This document shows, piece after piece, positions 42,476-56,805 of a stretch of 64,000 nucleotides of DNA. The notes below the pieces were generated by a model. The model did not search any database, was not told where the DNA came from, and saw only the letters and a program-made list of their open reading frames with translations. Position 1 is the stretch's first letter, and each line of letters starts with the position of its first letter. The stretch is from an uncultured Actinomycetota bacterium (GTDB taxonomy: Bacteria; Actinomycetota; Actinomycetes; JACCUZ01). A program made the translations under genes and the position numbers. The stretch lies in contig CAWCFV010000002.1 of assembly GCA_963794995.1 (NCBI GenBank), forward strand, positions 363,849-427,848. The letters run 5' to 3'.

Positions 42476-43021
42476 CTAGAGCGCGCGGCCGCCCATCGGG
42501 TGCGGCGAGAGCTTGACCGGGGGCGCGGTCCCGCCGGCCCACTCGGCCTCGCGGATCGCCTTGAGCGCGGCCTTGCGCTGCTCGCGGTCGAGCCGGTCGA
42601 TGAACAGGATGCCGTCGAGGTGGTCCGTCTCGTGCTGCACGCAGCGGGCCAGCAGGTCGGTGCCCTCGACGGTCACCGGCTCGCCGTGCATGTCGAAGCC
42701 CTTCGCCACCACGCCGTAGGCCCGGACGCAGGGGTAGGCCAGGCCGGGGAACGACAGACAGCCCTCGTCGTCGTCCAGCGTCTCGTCGGTGAGCTCGAGC
42801 GAGGGGTTGACCAGGTGCCCGAGGACGTCGTCGACGTGGTAGGTGAACACCCGCAGCCCGACGCCGATCTGCGGGGCCGCGAGCCCCACGCCGGGGGCGT
42901 CCAGCATGGTGTCCTGCAGGTCCCTGACCAGCGTCCGGAGCTCGCGGTCGAAGTCGACGACCGGCTCGGCCGGCGTGCGCAGCACCGGGTCGCCGAAGAG
43001 CCGGATGGGCTGCAGGGCCAC
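42476..43021 (-). CDS. def: Peptide deformylase
   Basis: Motifs [18 protein letters not shown] and QHETDHLDG; 181 aa. Confidence 0.9.
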   Translation of the reverse strand: MALQPIRLFGDPVLRTPAEPVVDFDRELRTLVRDLQDTMLDAPGVGLAAPQIGVGLRVFTYHVDDVLGHLVNPSLELTDETLDDDEGCLSFPGLAYPCVRAYGVVAKGFDMHGEPVTVEGTDLLARCVQHETDHLDGILFIDRLDREQRKAALKAIREAEWAGGTAPPVKLSPHPMGGRAL

Positions 43022-43069
43022 GGGGCGTGCTCCTTCTCGGGTACGGCGGGGGGTGGGCGGTCGCCCAGT

Positions 43070-43696
43070 CTACGGCGCCCCACGCAGCAGCCCGAGCCGG
43101 TGCAGGTCGTCGCGCAGGTCGTCGGCGCCGACGAACCGCAGCCCGACCATCCCGGCGCGCCCGGCCGCCTCGACGTTGACCGCGGAGTCGTCGACGAACA
43201 CGGTGCGCCCGGCCGGCAGCCCGTGGCGGTCGAGCAGCAGCCGGAAGACGGCCGGGTCGGGCTTCATCACGCCCTCGACCCCGGACACGACGACGTCCTC
43301 GAACAGCTCGAGGAACGGGAACCGGCCCCGGGCGTGCGGGAACGTCTCGGCCGACCAGTTGGTCAGGGCCAGCAGGCGGACGCCTTCACGGTGCAGGTCG
43401 TGCAGGACCTCGACGGTCCCCGCCACCTCGCCCACGAGGGTCTCGGCGAACCGGGCGGGGTAGGCCGCCAGCAGCTCGGCCCGGTGCGGGAACCGTCGCG
43501 AGTGCTCGGCGACCAGGTCGGCCCAGCGCGCGCCGCCGTCGGCCCGGCGGTTCCAGGCAGCGAAGTCGACCTCGGCGAAGAAGTCCTCGATGCCGTCGTC
43601 GGGCAGCAGCCGGCGGTAGAGGTGGCGCGGGTCCCAGTGGACCAGGACACCGCCGAGGTCGAACACGACGGCCACGGGGGGCGGGGGGCTGCTCAC
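43070..43696 (-). CDS. HAD-superfamily hydrolase (subfamily IA)
   Basis: N-terminal [10 protein letters not shown] is the DxG/D motif I. Motifs II and III are present (..LTNWS.., ..VFVDDS..). 208 aa. Confidence 0.75.
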   Translation of the reverse strand: MSSPPPPVAVVFDLGGVLVHWDPRHLYRRLLPDDGIEDFFAEVDFAAWNRRADGGARWADLVAEHSRRFPHRAELLAAYPARFAETLVGEVAGTVEVLHDLHREGVRLLALTNWSAETFPHARGRFPFLELFEDVVVSGVEGVMKPDPAVFRLLLDRHGLPAGRTVFVDDSAVNVEAAGRAGMVGLRFVGADDLRDDLHRLGLLRGAP

Positions 43697-45774
43697 GCGA
43701 TCTCCTGGGGGTCGACCTGCAGGCGTACGGAACCGGACTGCTTGTGCGCGCTGCGCACCACCGCCGCGGCCTTGAGCGCGCGCACGGTCGCCGCGCCCTC
43801 GCCTCGGGGGGCCCGGACCAGCAGGCGCTCCTGCTCGGCGTGGCCGGGGCCGGCGACCGGGACGGGCCCCAGCACCTCGGCGTGCGCCGGGAGCTCGAGC
43901 GCCGCCAGGAAGCCCGCGAGCGCCTCGGGCTCGCCGGTGAGCGAGGCCATCCGGGCCTCCGGGGGCAGCCGCAGGGCGGAGCGCTCCGCCAGCTCACGCT
44001 CGGCGAATCCCGCCTGGTCGAAGCGCACCAGCGCCTGGACGGCCGGCGCGGACGAGTCGGCGAGCAGCACCACGGTCCCCCCGTCGGACGCGGGGCGCAC
44101 CAGAGCCGCGGCGGCGGTCCAGCGACGCAGCGCCTCCTCGTCGGCGCGCAGCCCGGGGCGCCCCAGCAGCGCCCAGCCGTCGAGCAGCAGGGCGGCGGCG
44201 TAGCCCTCGTCGGCGACCGGCTCGGCGCCCGGTGTCGCCACGACCAGCGCGGGCTCGGGTCCCACCCGGGTCAGGACCGCCGCGGTGCCGCCGCTGCTGC
44301 GCACGGGGAACCGGGGGAAGGCGCGCCCGAGCTCCTCGGCGGTGCGCCCGGACCCCACCACGGTGGCGCGCAGCCGATTGCCCTCGCAGGCCGGGCAGGC
44401 CCAGCCGGCCGCGGCGACCCCGCACCACCGGCAGGCCGGGGGCCGGTCGGCACCGGCGGCGCCCAGCGGTCCGCGGCAGGCCGCGCAGCGGGCCGTCGCC
44501 CGGCAGGTGGCGCAGGCCAGGCCGGGCCGGTAGCCCGCGCGCGGCACCTGGACGAGCACCGGGCCACGCGCCAGACCCTCGCGGGCCACCCGCCAGGCCT
44601 GGGTGGGCAGCCGCGCGCCCCGGACACCTCCCTCGGCCGGGTGGTCGCCACCCGGGTCGGCCACGACGTGCGGGGCGGCCCGCCGGACGACCTCGCGGGG
44701 CGCCGCCACGGTCCGGGCCCGCCCGGACCGGACCAGCGCCGCGGACTCGGCGGTCCGGGAGTGGCCGGCGACCACGAGGCTGGCGCCCTCGAGGGTGCTG
44801 CGCAGCCCGAGCACGGTGCGGACGTGCGGGTAGGGCGCCCGGGGCTCGGCGTGCAGGTCGTCGCCGTCGTCCCACACCACCGCCAGCCCCAGGTCGTGCA
44901 CCGGGGCGAACATGGCCGCCCGGGTGCCGACGACCAGCCGGACCTGGCCGCGGCGGACGCGCAGCCAGCGGCGGTAGCGCTCGGCCGGGCCCGGCTCGGC
45001 GGTGAGGACGACGTGCCGGTCGGGTCCGAGCAGCGCGGTGAGGGCGGCGTCGACGCGGACCACGTCGCGGTGGTCGGGCAGGACGAGCAGCGCGCCGCGG
45101 CCGGCCGCCAGCGCGGTGCCGGCCAGCCTGGCCAGCTCGTCCGGCCAGGCCGGGCCGGGCAGCGCCGACCACACCGCCCGGACGGCGGCGCCGTCGTGGA
45201 CCGCGTCGAGCAGCGCCGGCCCGTGCTCGTAGCGGGACCACCCCTCGTGCTCGGGTCGCTCGGGTCGCTCGGCTCGCTCCCTGGCCGCGGGCTCCTGCTC
45301 GACCCGGGCGTGCCGCGGCGGGACGGCCAGGCGGAGCACGTCGGCCAGCGTCCCGGCGTACCGGTCGGCGACCTCGCGGGCCAGCCGCAGGACCTCCGGC
45401 GCCAGCACCGGCTCGCCCGACACGACCCGCTCGAGGGGCGCCAGCCTTCCGGCGTGCTCGCTGGCGTCGGCCCGCTCCAGCAGGTAGCCGTCGACGAGCC
45501 GGCCGGCGAAGCGCACCCGCACCCGGACGCCCGGTCCTGCCACCTCGTCCAGCTCGGCAGGGACCTGGAAGTCGAACGGCCGGTCGAGGTGGGCCAGCCC
45601 GACGTCGACCGCCACCCGCGCCACCGGTCGGACCGCGGCGGCGGGCCGTGGCGCCGACGACCGCCGACGGGCGGGGCGGGCCGGGGCCCTCGGCGCGGCC
45701 GGGGCGCGCGACCCGCCCGCGGACTGCAGCAGCGCCAGCTGCTCGCCGTCCGGTCGCTCGCTCACGGCGCCCAT
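43693..45774 (-). CDS. priA: Primosomal protein N' (PriA, actinobacterial type)
   Basis: The start is assigned to an ATG at 45772-45774. This is the in-frame MGAVSERPDGEQLALLQ of the listed 843-aa ORF (read as its 151st residue by hand count). It lies 64 nt below the metK stop at 45839 and is preceded by a GGTGGG purine run. The upstream 150 codons of the listed ORF overlap metK and are treated as a spurious extension. The body has PriA helicase-like domains with a Cys-rich zinc-binding insertion (CATCRATARCAACRG..CRWCG..CPACEG). Confidence 0.8.
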   Translation of the reverse strand: MGAVSERPDGEQLALLQSAGGSRAPAAPRAPARPARRRSSAPRPAAAVRPVARVAVDVGLAHLDRPFDFQVPAELDEVAGPGVRVRVRFAGRLVDGYLLERADASEHAGRLAPLERVVSGEPVLAPEVLRLAREVADRYAGTLADVLRLAVPPRHARVEQEPAARERAERPERPEHEGWSRYEHGPALLDAVHDGAAVRAVWSALPGPAWPDELARLAGTALAAGRGALLVLPDHRDVVRVDAALTALLGPDRHVVLTAEPGPAERYRRWLRVRRGQVRLVVGTRAAMFAPVHDLGLAVVWDDGDDLHAEPRAPYPHVRTVLGLRSTLEGASLVVAGHSRTAESAALVRSGRARTVAAPREVVRRAAPHVVADPGGDHPAEGGVRGARLPTQAWRVAREGLARGPVLVQVPRAGYRPGLACATCRATARCAACRGPLGAAGADRPPACRWCGVAAAGWACPACEGNRLRATVVGSGRTAEELGRAFPRFPVRSSGGTAAVLTRVGPEPALVVATPGAEPVADEGYAAALLLDGWALLGRPGLRADEEALRRWTAAAALVRPASDGGTVVLLADSSAPAVQALVRFDQAGFAERELAERSALRLPPEARMASLTGEPEALAGFLAALELPAHAEVLGPVPVAGPGHAEQERLLVRAPRGEGAATVRALKAAAVVRSAHKQSGSVRLQVDPQEIA

Positions 45775-45838
45775 CCCACCACTGGCCCGGGACACGCCCT
45801 CCCCCGGCGCTCGCCGGGAGGCGGGCGCCGGGCGGTCG

Positions 45839-47038
45839 TCAGGCGGAGGTGGCGGCGGCCCTGAGGGCGTCGACCCGGTCGGTGCGCTCCCAGGTGAAGT
45901 CGGGCAGCTCGCGGCCGAAGTGGCCGTACGCCGCGGTCTGGGCGTAGACCGGGCGCAGCAGGTCGAGGTCCCGGATGATCGCCGCGGGCCGCAGGTCGAA
46001 CACCGCGGTGACGGCGTCCTGGATGACCCCGGGCGCGACGGTCTCGGTGCCGAAGGTCTCGACGAACAGCCCGACCGGGTGCGCCTTGCCGATGGCGTAG
46101 GCGACCTGGACCTCGCAGCGGCGGGCCAGCCCGGCCGCCACGACGTTCTTGGCGACCCAGCGCATGGCGTAGGCCGCCGAGCGGTCGACCTTGGACGGGT
46201 CCTTGCCGGAGAAGGCGCCGCCACCGTGCCGGGCCATCCCGCCGTAGGTGTCGACGATGATCTTGCGGCCGGTGAGCCCGGCGTCGCCCATCGGGCCGCC
46301 GACCTCGAAGCGGCCGGTGGGGTTCACCAGCAGCCGGTAGCCGGAGGTGTCGATGTCGACGCCGTCGAGCACCGGCTTGACGACCTGCTCGGCGATGTCG
46401 GGCTGCAGCATCGACTCGAGGCCGATGTCGGAGGCGTGCTGGCTGGAGACGACCACGGTGTCGAGGCGCACGGCGCGGTCGCCGTCGTACTCGATGGTGA
46501 CCTGGGTCTTCCCGTCGGGGCGGAGGTAGGGGACGGCGCCGTCCTTGCGCACCGCGGTGAGCTGCTGGGCCAGCCGGTGCGCCAGGTGGATCGGCAGCGG
46601 CATCAGCTCGGGGGTGTCGTCGCAGGCGTAGCCGAACATCAGCCCCTGGTCACCGGCGCCCTGGCGGTCCAGCGGGTCCTCGACGGACTCGCCGGTACGC
46701 GCCTCGTAGGCGGAGTCGACGCCCTGCGCGATGTCGGCGGACTGCGCGCCGATCGAGACCGAGACGCCGCACGAGTGGCCGTCGAAGCCCTTGGCCGAGG
46801 AGTCGTAGCCGATCGCGAGGACCCGGTCGCGCACGATCCTGGCGATGTCGGCGTACGCCGAGGTGTTGACCTCGCCGGCGACGTGGACCTGGCCGGTGGT
46901 GATCAGGGTCTCGACGGCGACCCGGCTGGCCGGGTCCTGCGACAGCAGCTCGTCGAGGATGGCGTCGCTGATCTGGTCGGCGATCTTGTCCGGGTGGCCC
47001 TCGGTGACTGACTCCGAGGTGAACAGGCGGCGGGACAC
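45839..47038 (-). CDS. metK: S-adenosylmethionine synthase
   Basis: [29 protein letters not shown].., [19 protein letters not shown]; 399 aa. Confidence 0.95.
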   Translation of the reverse strand: MSRRLFTSESVTEGHPDKIADQISDAILDELLSQDPASRVAVETLITTGQVHVAGEVNTSAYADIARIVRDRVLAIGYDSSAKGFDGHSCGVSVSIGAQSADIAQGVDSAYEARTGESVEDPLDRQGAGDQGLMFGYACDDTPELMPLPIHLAHRLAQQLTAVRKDGAVPYLRPDGKTQVTIEYDGDRAVRLDTVVVSSQHASDIGLESMLQPDIAEQVVKPVLDGVDIDTSGYRLLVNPTGRFEVGGPMGDAGLTGRKIIVDTYGGMARHGGGAFSGKDPSKVDRSAAYAMRWVAKNVVAAGLARRCEVQVAYAIGKAHPVGLFVETFGTETVAPGVIQDAVTAVFDLRPAAIIRDLDLLRPVYAQTAAYGHFGRELPDFTWERTDRVDALRAAATSA

Positions 47039-47092
47039 GGAACTCCTAGGCGGTTCGGGACCGGTGCGGACCGGAGGGACGGCTGCGCGAGT

Positions 47093-48355
47093 CTACCGGG
47101 CCGACGGGGCCGGCCAGAGCCGCTGCACGGCGTCCCACACGGCCTCCGCCAGCGCCTCCTTGGGCCCCAGGGCCACCGGCGTCTCCGCGCCGTCGGCACC
47201 GAGCAGCACCGCGGCGTTGTCGGTCCCCTCGAACCCGGTGGGGTGCCCGGCGGCCCCCACCTCGTTGACGACCATCAGGTCGGCGCCCTTGGCGGCCAGC
47301 TTGGCGCGGCCGTGGGCCAGCACGTCGCCGTCGGCGTCGCCGGTCTCGGCGGCGAAGCCCACCACCACCTGGCCGTCGCGGGCCCGCGGCGCGCGGGCGA
47401 CCTCCGCGAGCACGTCGGTGGTGCGCACGAGCGCGACCGACTCCGGCTCCCCCGGGCCCTTCTTGATCTTCGTCTCGCGGTGCTCCCGCGGCCGGAAGTC
47501 GGCCACGGCGGCCGCCATGACCACGGCGTCAGCGGTGGTCGCGGCCTTGAGCACGGCCTCCCGGAGCTGCTCGGCCGACACCACGGGCACCACCTCGACC
47601 CCCGCCGGCTCGGGCAGCGTCACGTTGGCGGCGACGAGGGTGACCCTGGCGCCGCGGGCCGCGGCAGTCGTCGCCAGCGCCCAGCCCTGCCGCCCCGACG
47701 ACCGGTTGCCGAGGTAGCGCACCGGGTCGAGGTGCTCGCGGGTGCCGCCGGCAGACACCACCACGTGGCGCCCCTCGAGGTCACGGACGGAGGCGCGCCC
47801 GGCGAGAGCGCGGACCGCGGCCGCGAACAGCTCGGCCGGCTCGGGCAGCCGGCCCGGCCCGCTGTCGGCCCCGGTCAGCCGGCCCGAGGCGGGGTCGAGC
47901 ACCTGCACGCCCCGGGACCGCAGCGTCGCGACGTTGGCCTGGGTGGCCGGGTGCAGCCACATCTCGGTGTGCATCGCGGGGGCCATGACCACCGGGCACC
48001 GCGCGGTGAGCAGCGTGCTGGTGAGCAGGTCGTCGGCCAGCCCGTGGGCGGCCCGGGCCAGCAGGTCGGCGGTCGCCGGCGCCACCACGACGAGATCGGC
48101 CTGCTGGCCGAGGCGGACGTGCGGCACCTGGTGGACGTCGTCCCAGACCTCCGCCGTCACCGGCTGGCCGGACAGCGCCGCCCAGGTGGGGACCCCCACG
48201 AACTCCAGCGCCGCCCGGGTCGGGACGACGCGCACGTCGTGCCCGCTCTCGGTGAGCAGCCGCAGCAGCTCGACCGCCTTGTAGGCGGCGACCCCGCCGC
48301 CGACCCCGAGGACGACGCGCGGCCGGTCGTCTGTGTCGTGACGAGGACCGGTCAT
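47093..48355 (-). CDS. coaBC: Bifunctional phosphopantothenoylcysteine decarboxylase / phosphopantothenate-cysteine ligase
   Basis: N-terminal flavoprotein domain (VVLGVGGGVAAYKAVELLRLL) and C-terminal CoaB domain; 420 aa. Confidence 0.9.
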   Translation of the reverse strand: MTGPRHDTDDRPRVVLGVGGGVAAYKAVELLRLLTESGHDVRVVPTRAALEFVGVPTWAALSGQPVTAEVWDDVHQVPHVRLGQQADLVVVAPATADLLARAAHGLADDLLTSTLLTARCPVVMAPAMHTEMWLHPATQANVATLRSRGVQVLDPASGRLTGADSGPGRLPEPAELFAAAVRALAGRASVRDLEGRHVVVSAGGTREHLDPVRYLGNRSSGRQGWALATTAAARGARVTLVAANVTLPEPAGVEVVPVVSAEQLREAVLKAATTADAVVMAAAVADFRPREHRETKIKKGPGEPESVALVRTTDVLAEVARAPRARDGQVVVGFAAETGDADGDVLAHGRAKLAAKGADLMVVNEVGAAGHPTGFEGTDNAAVLLGADGAETPVALGPKEALAEAVWDAVQRLWPAPSAR

Positions 48356-48386
48356 GCCGCCAGTGTGCCCGACGGCGGGTCCGGCC

Positions 48387-48653
48387 TCAGGCCTGGTCGA
48401 TCTTCTCGTAGCCGAGCATGCCGGTGTTGATCTCGCGCATCGCGATGGACAGCGGCTTCTCGTGGACGTGGGTCTCGACCAGCGGCCCGACGTACTCGAG
48501 CAGGCCCTCGCCCAGCTGGGAGTAGTACGCGTTGATCTGGCGGGCCCGCTTGGCGGCGTAGATGACCAGGCTGTACTTCGAGTCGGTCGCGGCGAGGAGC
48601 TCGTCGATGGGCGGGTTCGTGATGCCCTCAGGCGCGGCGGCGATGCCGGACAC
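48387..48653 (-). CDS. rpoZ: DNA-directed RNA polymerase subunit omega
   Basis: 88 aa, ..[35 protein letters not shown].. Confidence 0.9.
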   Translation of the reverse strand: MSGIAAAPEGITNPPIDELLAATDSKYSLVIYAAKRARQINAYYSQLGEGLLEYVGPLVETHVHEKPLSIAMREINTGMLGYEKIDQA

Positions 48654-48713
48654 GGTGGTGCCTTCCGTCGAGTGACACTGGGCGGTGCGGACAGGCCCGC
48701 ACGCGGTCCGGGG

Positions 48714-49265
48714 TCAGCGCCCGGACGCGACTGCCAAGGCTACCAGCCGGGCCGCGACCTCCGAGACGTCGCTGTTGACCAGCGTGAGGTCGAACTCCGG
48801 CTCCGCGGCCAGCTCCTCGCGCGCCAGCGCCAGTCGCCGCTCCATGACCTCGGGGGTCTCGGTCCCCCGGCCGGCCAGCCGGCGCACCAGCTCGTCCCAC
48901 GACGGCGGGGCGAGGAACACCAGCAGCGCGTCCGGGACCTGCGAACGCACCTGGCGGGCGCCCTGGATCTCGATCTCCAGGACCACCGGGTGCCCGAGGG
49001 CCAGGTGGTCGAGGACCGGCTGCCGCGGCGTTCCGTAGAGGTTGCCGGCGAACTCGGCCCACTCCAGCAGGCCCCCGCCGTCGACGAGCTCCTGGAACTG
49101 CTCGCGGGTGACGAACCGGTAGTGCACGCCGTCGACCTCGCCGGGACGGGGGAACCGCGTGGTGGCCGACACCGAGAGCCAGACCTCGGGGTGGTTCTCC
49201 CGCAACGTCCGCAGGACGGTGCTCTTGCCGACCGCTGAGGGGCCGGACAGGACGACGAGCCGGGG
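48714..49265 (-). CDS. gmk: Guanylate kinase (5' end and start codon unresolved)
   Basis: The listed ORF 48714..49205 lacks the P-loop. The P-loop is encoded in frame immediately upstream ([26 protein letters not shown]). There is no ATG, GTG or TTG in any frame for about 120 nt upstream. The only candidate start is a CTG that overlaps the mihF stop (CTGA). Confidence 0.85.
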   Translation of the reverse strand, partial: PRLVVLSGPSAVGKSTVLRTLRENHPEVWLSVSATTRFPRPGEVDGVHYRFVTREQFQELVDGGGLLEWAEFAGNLYGTPRQPVLDHLALGHPVVLEIEIQGARQVRSQVPDALLVFLAPPSWDELVRRLAGRGTETPEVMERRLALAREELAAEPEFDLTLVNSDVSEVAARLVALAVASGR

Positions 49266-49294
49266 TGCGCCGCCCCCTGTGCCGTCGGCGGCGT

Positions 49295-49624
49295 TCAGGC
49301 GGTGCCGCCGAACTCCCGCTCGAGGGCGGCGAGCTGCTGGGTGCCGAGCCCGCGGACCCGGCGGCTCTCGGAGATGCCGATGTCCTCCATGATCCGGCGG
49401 GCCCGGACCTTGCCGACCCCGGGCAGCGACTCGAGCACCGAGGACACCTTCATCTTGCCCACGATGTCGTTGCCGCCCTCGCGACTGCCCTCCTTGAGGA
49501 CCTCGATGAGCGACGCGCCGGAGTGCTTGAGGCGGTTCTTCACCGCGGCCCGCTCACGTCTCGCGATCGCGGCCTTCGCGAGGGCCGATGCTCTCTGCTC
49601 GGGGGTCAACGGGGGCAGGGCCAC
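49295..49624 (-). CDS. mihF: Integration host factor (actinobacterial mIHF)
   Basis: 109 aa, [46 protein letters not shown].. Confidence 0.9.
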   Translation of the reverse strand: MALPPLTPEQRASALAKAAIARRERAAVKNRLKHSGASLIEVLKEGSREGGNDIVGKMKVSSVLESLPGVGKVRARRIMEDIGISESRRVRGLGTQQLAALEREFGGTA

Positions 49625-49794
49625 GAGAGGTCACCTCGGCGTCGGAACATTGCGAACGGAACGAGTCAGGAACCTAGCGACTGCCGACCCCGCCTAGCAA
49701 TGCGGCAGGTTCCCTCGGGCCGTCAAATCGTCCGATCGACCGAGCCCGCCATCGGCCGGCAGGGCGTTGCCCGGCAAGGGATCCGGGCGCCCGT

Positions 49795-50481
49795 GTCAGG
49801 ACGCGAGGGCAGTGGCCAACGCCCGGGCGGCCGCGGCGATGTCGGGGGCTCCGGTGAGCGGACGGCCGACGACGAGCAGGTCGGCCCCGTCGGACATCGC
49901 CTGCTCCGGCGTCGAGGTCCGGGCCTGGTCGTCACCCCCTCCCCCCGGGGACGGACGCCGGGGGTGATCAGTGTGATGTCGGCTCCGACCTCCCGGCGGA
50001 CGTCGGCGACCTCGAGCGGTGAGCAGACCAGGGCGCGCGCGCCACCCTCGACGGCGAGCGCGGCCAGCCGGCGCACGGCGTCCCGCGGCGCATCGGCGAA
50101 GCCGACGGCTGCGAGCGCGTCGGCGCTGAGCGAGGTGAGGACCGTGACGCCGGTCACCCGGGTCGTGGGCAGTGCCTCGACCGCGGCCCGCACCATCGCC
50201 GGGCCGCCCGCCGCGTGGACCGTGAGGTAGGTGGGCGCGAGGTCGGCCACCGCCCGGGCCGCCCCGGCCACGGTGTGCGGGATGTCGTGCAGCTTGAGGT
50301 CGAGGAACACGTCGCGCCCGCCGCTGGCCTCACGGCACGTCACGACGGCGTCGTGCCCGTGGCGCAGGAACAGCTCCAGCCCGACCTTCACGGTGCTCAC
50401 GTACGGACCGGCCGCGGCAGCCCAGGCCACGGCGGTCTCGAGGTCGTGGGTGTCCAGGGCGAGTGCGACGGGGCTGGGCAT
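49795..50481 (-). CDS. pyrF: Orotidine 5'-phosphate decarboxylase; C-terminal 48 codons are in the +1 frame
   Basis: The listed ORF 49723..50481 matches PyrF through ..[13 protein letters not shown] and then becomes unrelated. The expected C-terminus ([49 protein letters not shown]) is found in the +1 frame and ends at TGA 49795-49797. The switch occurs inside the CCCCGGGGGG run at 49938-49950. Confidence 0.85.
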
Positions 50482-50495
50482 GGCAGGCGGGCTCC

Positions 50496-51488
50496 TCAGC
50501 GGTCGTGGTGGCGGGCGAGCTGGCGGTGGGCGTGGCCGACGGCGTCCTCGAGGCGGGCGAAGCCGCGCGCCGCGAGCGCGTCGGCGAGCTCGGAGAGGAC
50601 CCGGACCGGCGCCGAGGGGTCGTGGAAGACCGCCGTGCCGACCGACACGGCGCTCGCCCCGGCCAGCACCAGCTCGAGGGCGTCCAGGCCGGAGGCCACA
50701 CCGCCCATGCCGAGGACGGGCACGTCCGGCAGCGCCGCGTGCACCTGCCAGATGCAGCGGACCGCGACCGGCTTCACGGCCCGACCGGACAGCCCGCCGG
50801 TCACTCCGGCGAGCACCGGGCGCATCGTGTCGAGGTCGATCGCCATCCCGAGCAGCGTGTTGATCATCGACAGCCCGTCGGCACCGGCGTCGACGCAGGC
50901 CCGGGCGATCGCCACGATGTCGGTGACGTCCGGCGAGAGCTTCGCGAGCACCGGCACCGACGGCGCCGTGTGCCGCCGCACCGCGGCGACCACCTCGGAC
51001 GCGGCACCGGGGTCGCAGGCGAAGACCAGCCCGCGGTTCTCGACGTTGGGGCAGGAGATGTTGACCTCGACGGCGACCAGCCCCGGGGCACCGCGCAGTC
51101 GGCGGGCGAGCTCGGCGTACTCCTCGACGCTGCCCCCGGCGATGGACACCACCGCCCTGGCCCCCTGCTCGTGCAGCCAGGGCAGGTCGTGCTCCAGGAA
51201 GGCGTCGATGCCCGGGCCCTGCAGCCCGATCGAGTTGAGCATCCCCCCGGCCGTCTCGGCCATCCGGGGCGTGGCCCGGCCGGACCGCGGCTCCAGCAGG
51301 ATCGACTTGGTGACGACGGCCCCGAGGTCGGCGACGTCGAAGAACTGCCCGAGCTCCCGGCCGGCCGCCGCGCAGCCCGAGGCGGTGAGCACCGGGTTGG
51401 GCAGCCGCAGGCCGCCGAGCCGGGCGGTCAGGTCGACGACGGGCCGCGCGGCGGCGGGAGCCTCGACGGTCCGCACGTGGAAGCTCAT
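50496..51488 (-). CDS. pyrD: Dihydroorotate dehydrogenase, class 1B catalytic subunit
   Basis: ..LPNPVLTASGCAA..; the FMN-binding barrel motifs of family 1 are present. It is paired with an adjacent pyrK. Confidence 0.9.
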   Translation of the reverse strand: MSFHVRTVEAPAAARPVVDLTARLGGLRLPNPVLTASGCAAAGRELGQFFDVADLGAVVTKSILLEPRSGRATPRMAETAGGMLNSIGLQGPGIDAFLEHDLPWLHEQGARAVVSIAGGSVEEYAELARRLRGAPGLVAVEVNISCPNVENRGLVFACDPGAASEVVAAVRRHTAPSVPVLAKLSPDVTDIVAIARACVDAGADGLSMINTLLGMAIDLDTMRPVLAGVTGGLSGRAVKPVAVRCIWQVHAALPDVPVLGMGGVASGLDALELVLAGASAVSVGTAVFHDPSAPVRVLSELADALAARGFARLEDAVGHAHRQLARHHDR

Positions 51489-51510
51489 ACGGTGCGCTCC
51501 TCGGGTGTCA

Positions 51511-52382
51511 TCAGTGCCCGCCCGGCACCGGGGCGCCGACGGTGCCTGCAGGGACGGTCCCCACGTCGTCCCAGCGGACCCGGTCGCCGGGGAACACCGG
51601 GCCCTCGGTGCACGACCGGACCATCCGGGTCAGCCCGTCGTCACCGACGACGGGCAGCACGCAGGTCATGCAGACCCCGATGCCGCAGGCCATCGACTCC
51701 TCCACCGCGCACTGCGCCGGGACACCCGCGCCGGCCGCCACCTGGCTGACCGCCCGCAGCATCGGCATCGGGCCGCAGGCGTACACGACGTCGGTGCGGG
51801 CGGCGGCCATCACCTGCGGCAGGACGTCGGTGACCCGGCCCCGGGTGCCGGCCGAGCCGTCGTCGGTGGTGACCGCCACCGACGAGGCCATCCGCTTCGC
51901 GTCCAGGACGCCGAAGAGGCGGTCGTCGGACCCGGCCCCGAGCACGAAGTCGACCCGGCAGCCGCGGCCGCGCAGCGCCTCGGCGAGCGCGAACAGCGGC
52001 GCGGCGCCGTAGCCGCCCCCGACCAGGGTGGCACTGGCGGCCTCGCGGGGCAGGCTGAACGGACGCCCGAGCGGCCCGACCACGTCGACCGGCGTGTGCG
52101 GCGGCGCGCCGGCCAGCCAGGCGGTGCCGGCCCCCTTGGTGCCGACGACGATGTCGACGGTGCCGCCGTACACGCCCCGGGCCGAGGTCCGGTAGATCGA
52201 GAAGGCGCGGCGCAGCGTGAGCCCGGTGTCCGGACCGCCCACCGCCACGGCGACGAAGTGGCCGGGCCGGGTGCGCTCCGCCAGGCCGGGGGCGACGAGC
52301 GTGAGGTGGTGGTACGCGCCGACCCGGCGGCTGGTCAGCACCTGCCCGGCCACCTGGAGCGCCCCCTCGGACCGGTGCCCCA

Positions 52383-52383
<1 letters not shown>
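51511..52383 (-). CDS. pyrK: Dihydroorotate dehydrogenase electron-transfer subunit (FAD / 2Fe-2S)
   Basis: 290 aa. FAD/NAD-binding ferredoxin-reductase fold and a C-terminal Cys cluster CAVEESMACGIGVCMTC. The ATG 52381-52383 shares one nucleotide with the carB stop. Confidence 0.85.
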
Positions 52384-55691
<3,308 letters not shown>

Positions 55692-56805
55692 CTAGCGGAC
55701 TCCCCCGGTGGCGTCGAGCAGCGTGGCGAAGCGGTCGAAGAGGTACGCGGCGTCGTGCGGGCCGGCCGCGGCCTCGGGGTGGTACTGCACCGAGAAGGCC
55801 GGCACGTCGTGGCAGCGCAGGCCCTCGACGACACCGTCGTTCAGGCAGACGTGGCTGACCTGCGCGGCACCGAAGGGGGTGTCGAACGTGCCGTCGACGG
55901 GCGCGTCGACGGCGAACCCGTGGTTGTGCGCGGTGACCTCGACCTTGCCGGTGGCGCGGTCCTGCACGGGCTGGTTGATGCCGCGGTGGCCGTAGCGCAG
56001 CTTGTACGTGCCCAGGCCCAGCGCCCGCCCGAGCACCTGGTTGCCGAAGCAGATGCCGAACACCGGCACCGTCCGTCCCAGCAGGTCGGCGGTCAGCGCG
56101 ACCGCGCGGTCCGCGGTGGCGGGGTCGCCGGGGCCGTTGCTCAGGAAGACCCCGTCGGCGCCGGTGGCGAGCACGTCGTCGACCGACGAGGTCGACGGCA
56201 GCACGTGCACCTCGATGCCCCGCTCGGCCATCCGCACCGGCGTCATCGCCTTGATGCCCAGGTCGAGGGCCGCGACCGTGAACCGCTTCTCCCCCACAGC
56301 CGGCACGACGTAGGCCTCGGGCGTGGTCACCTCGCCGGTCAGGTCGGCGCCGGCCATCGAGGGCGTCGAGCGCACCCGGTCCAGCAGCGAGGCCGCGTCG
56401 GTGTCGGCCGTGCTGACACCGACCCGCATGGCACCGCGCTCGCGCAGGTGCCGGGTCAGTGCCCGGGTGTCGATCCCGCTGATGCCGACGACGCCCTGGC
56501 CCGCCAGCTCGTCACCGAGCGACCGTCGGGACCGCCACGACGACGGCCGGCGGGCCGGGTCGCGCACGACGTAGCCACTGACCCAGATCCGCCGCGACTC
56601 GGGGTCCTCGTCGTTGACGCCGGTGTTGCCGACGTGCGGGAGCGGTCATCACGACGACCTGGCGGTGGTACGACGGGTCGGTGAGCGTCTCCTGGTAGCC
56701 GGTCATGCCGGTGGAGAACACCGCCTCGCCGAAGGTCTCACCGGTGGCGCCGTACGACTCGCCCCGGAACTCGCGCCCGTCCTCGAGGACCAGCAGCGCC
56801 TTCAC
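55692..56805 (-). CDS. carA: Carbamoyl-phosphate synthase small subunit; N-terminal 56 codons are in another frame
   Basis: The N-terminus [56 protein letters not shown] lies on the frame of listed ORF 56512..57777. The rest (..[29 protein letters not shown].., GATase Cys-His) lies on ORF 55692..56567. The frames join if one nucleotide is removed near 56631-56643, restoring ..[30 protein letters not shown]... Confidence 0.9.
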
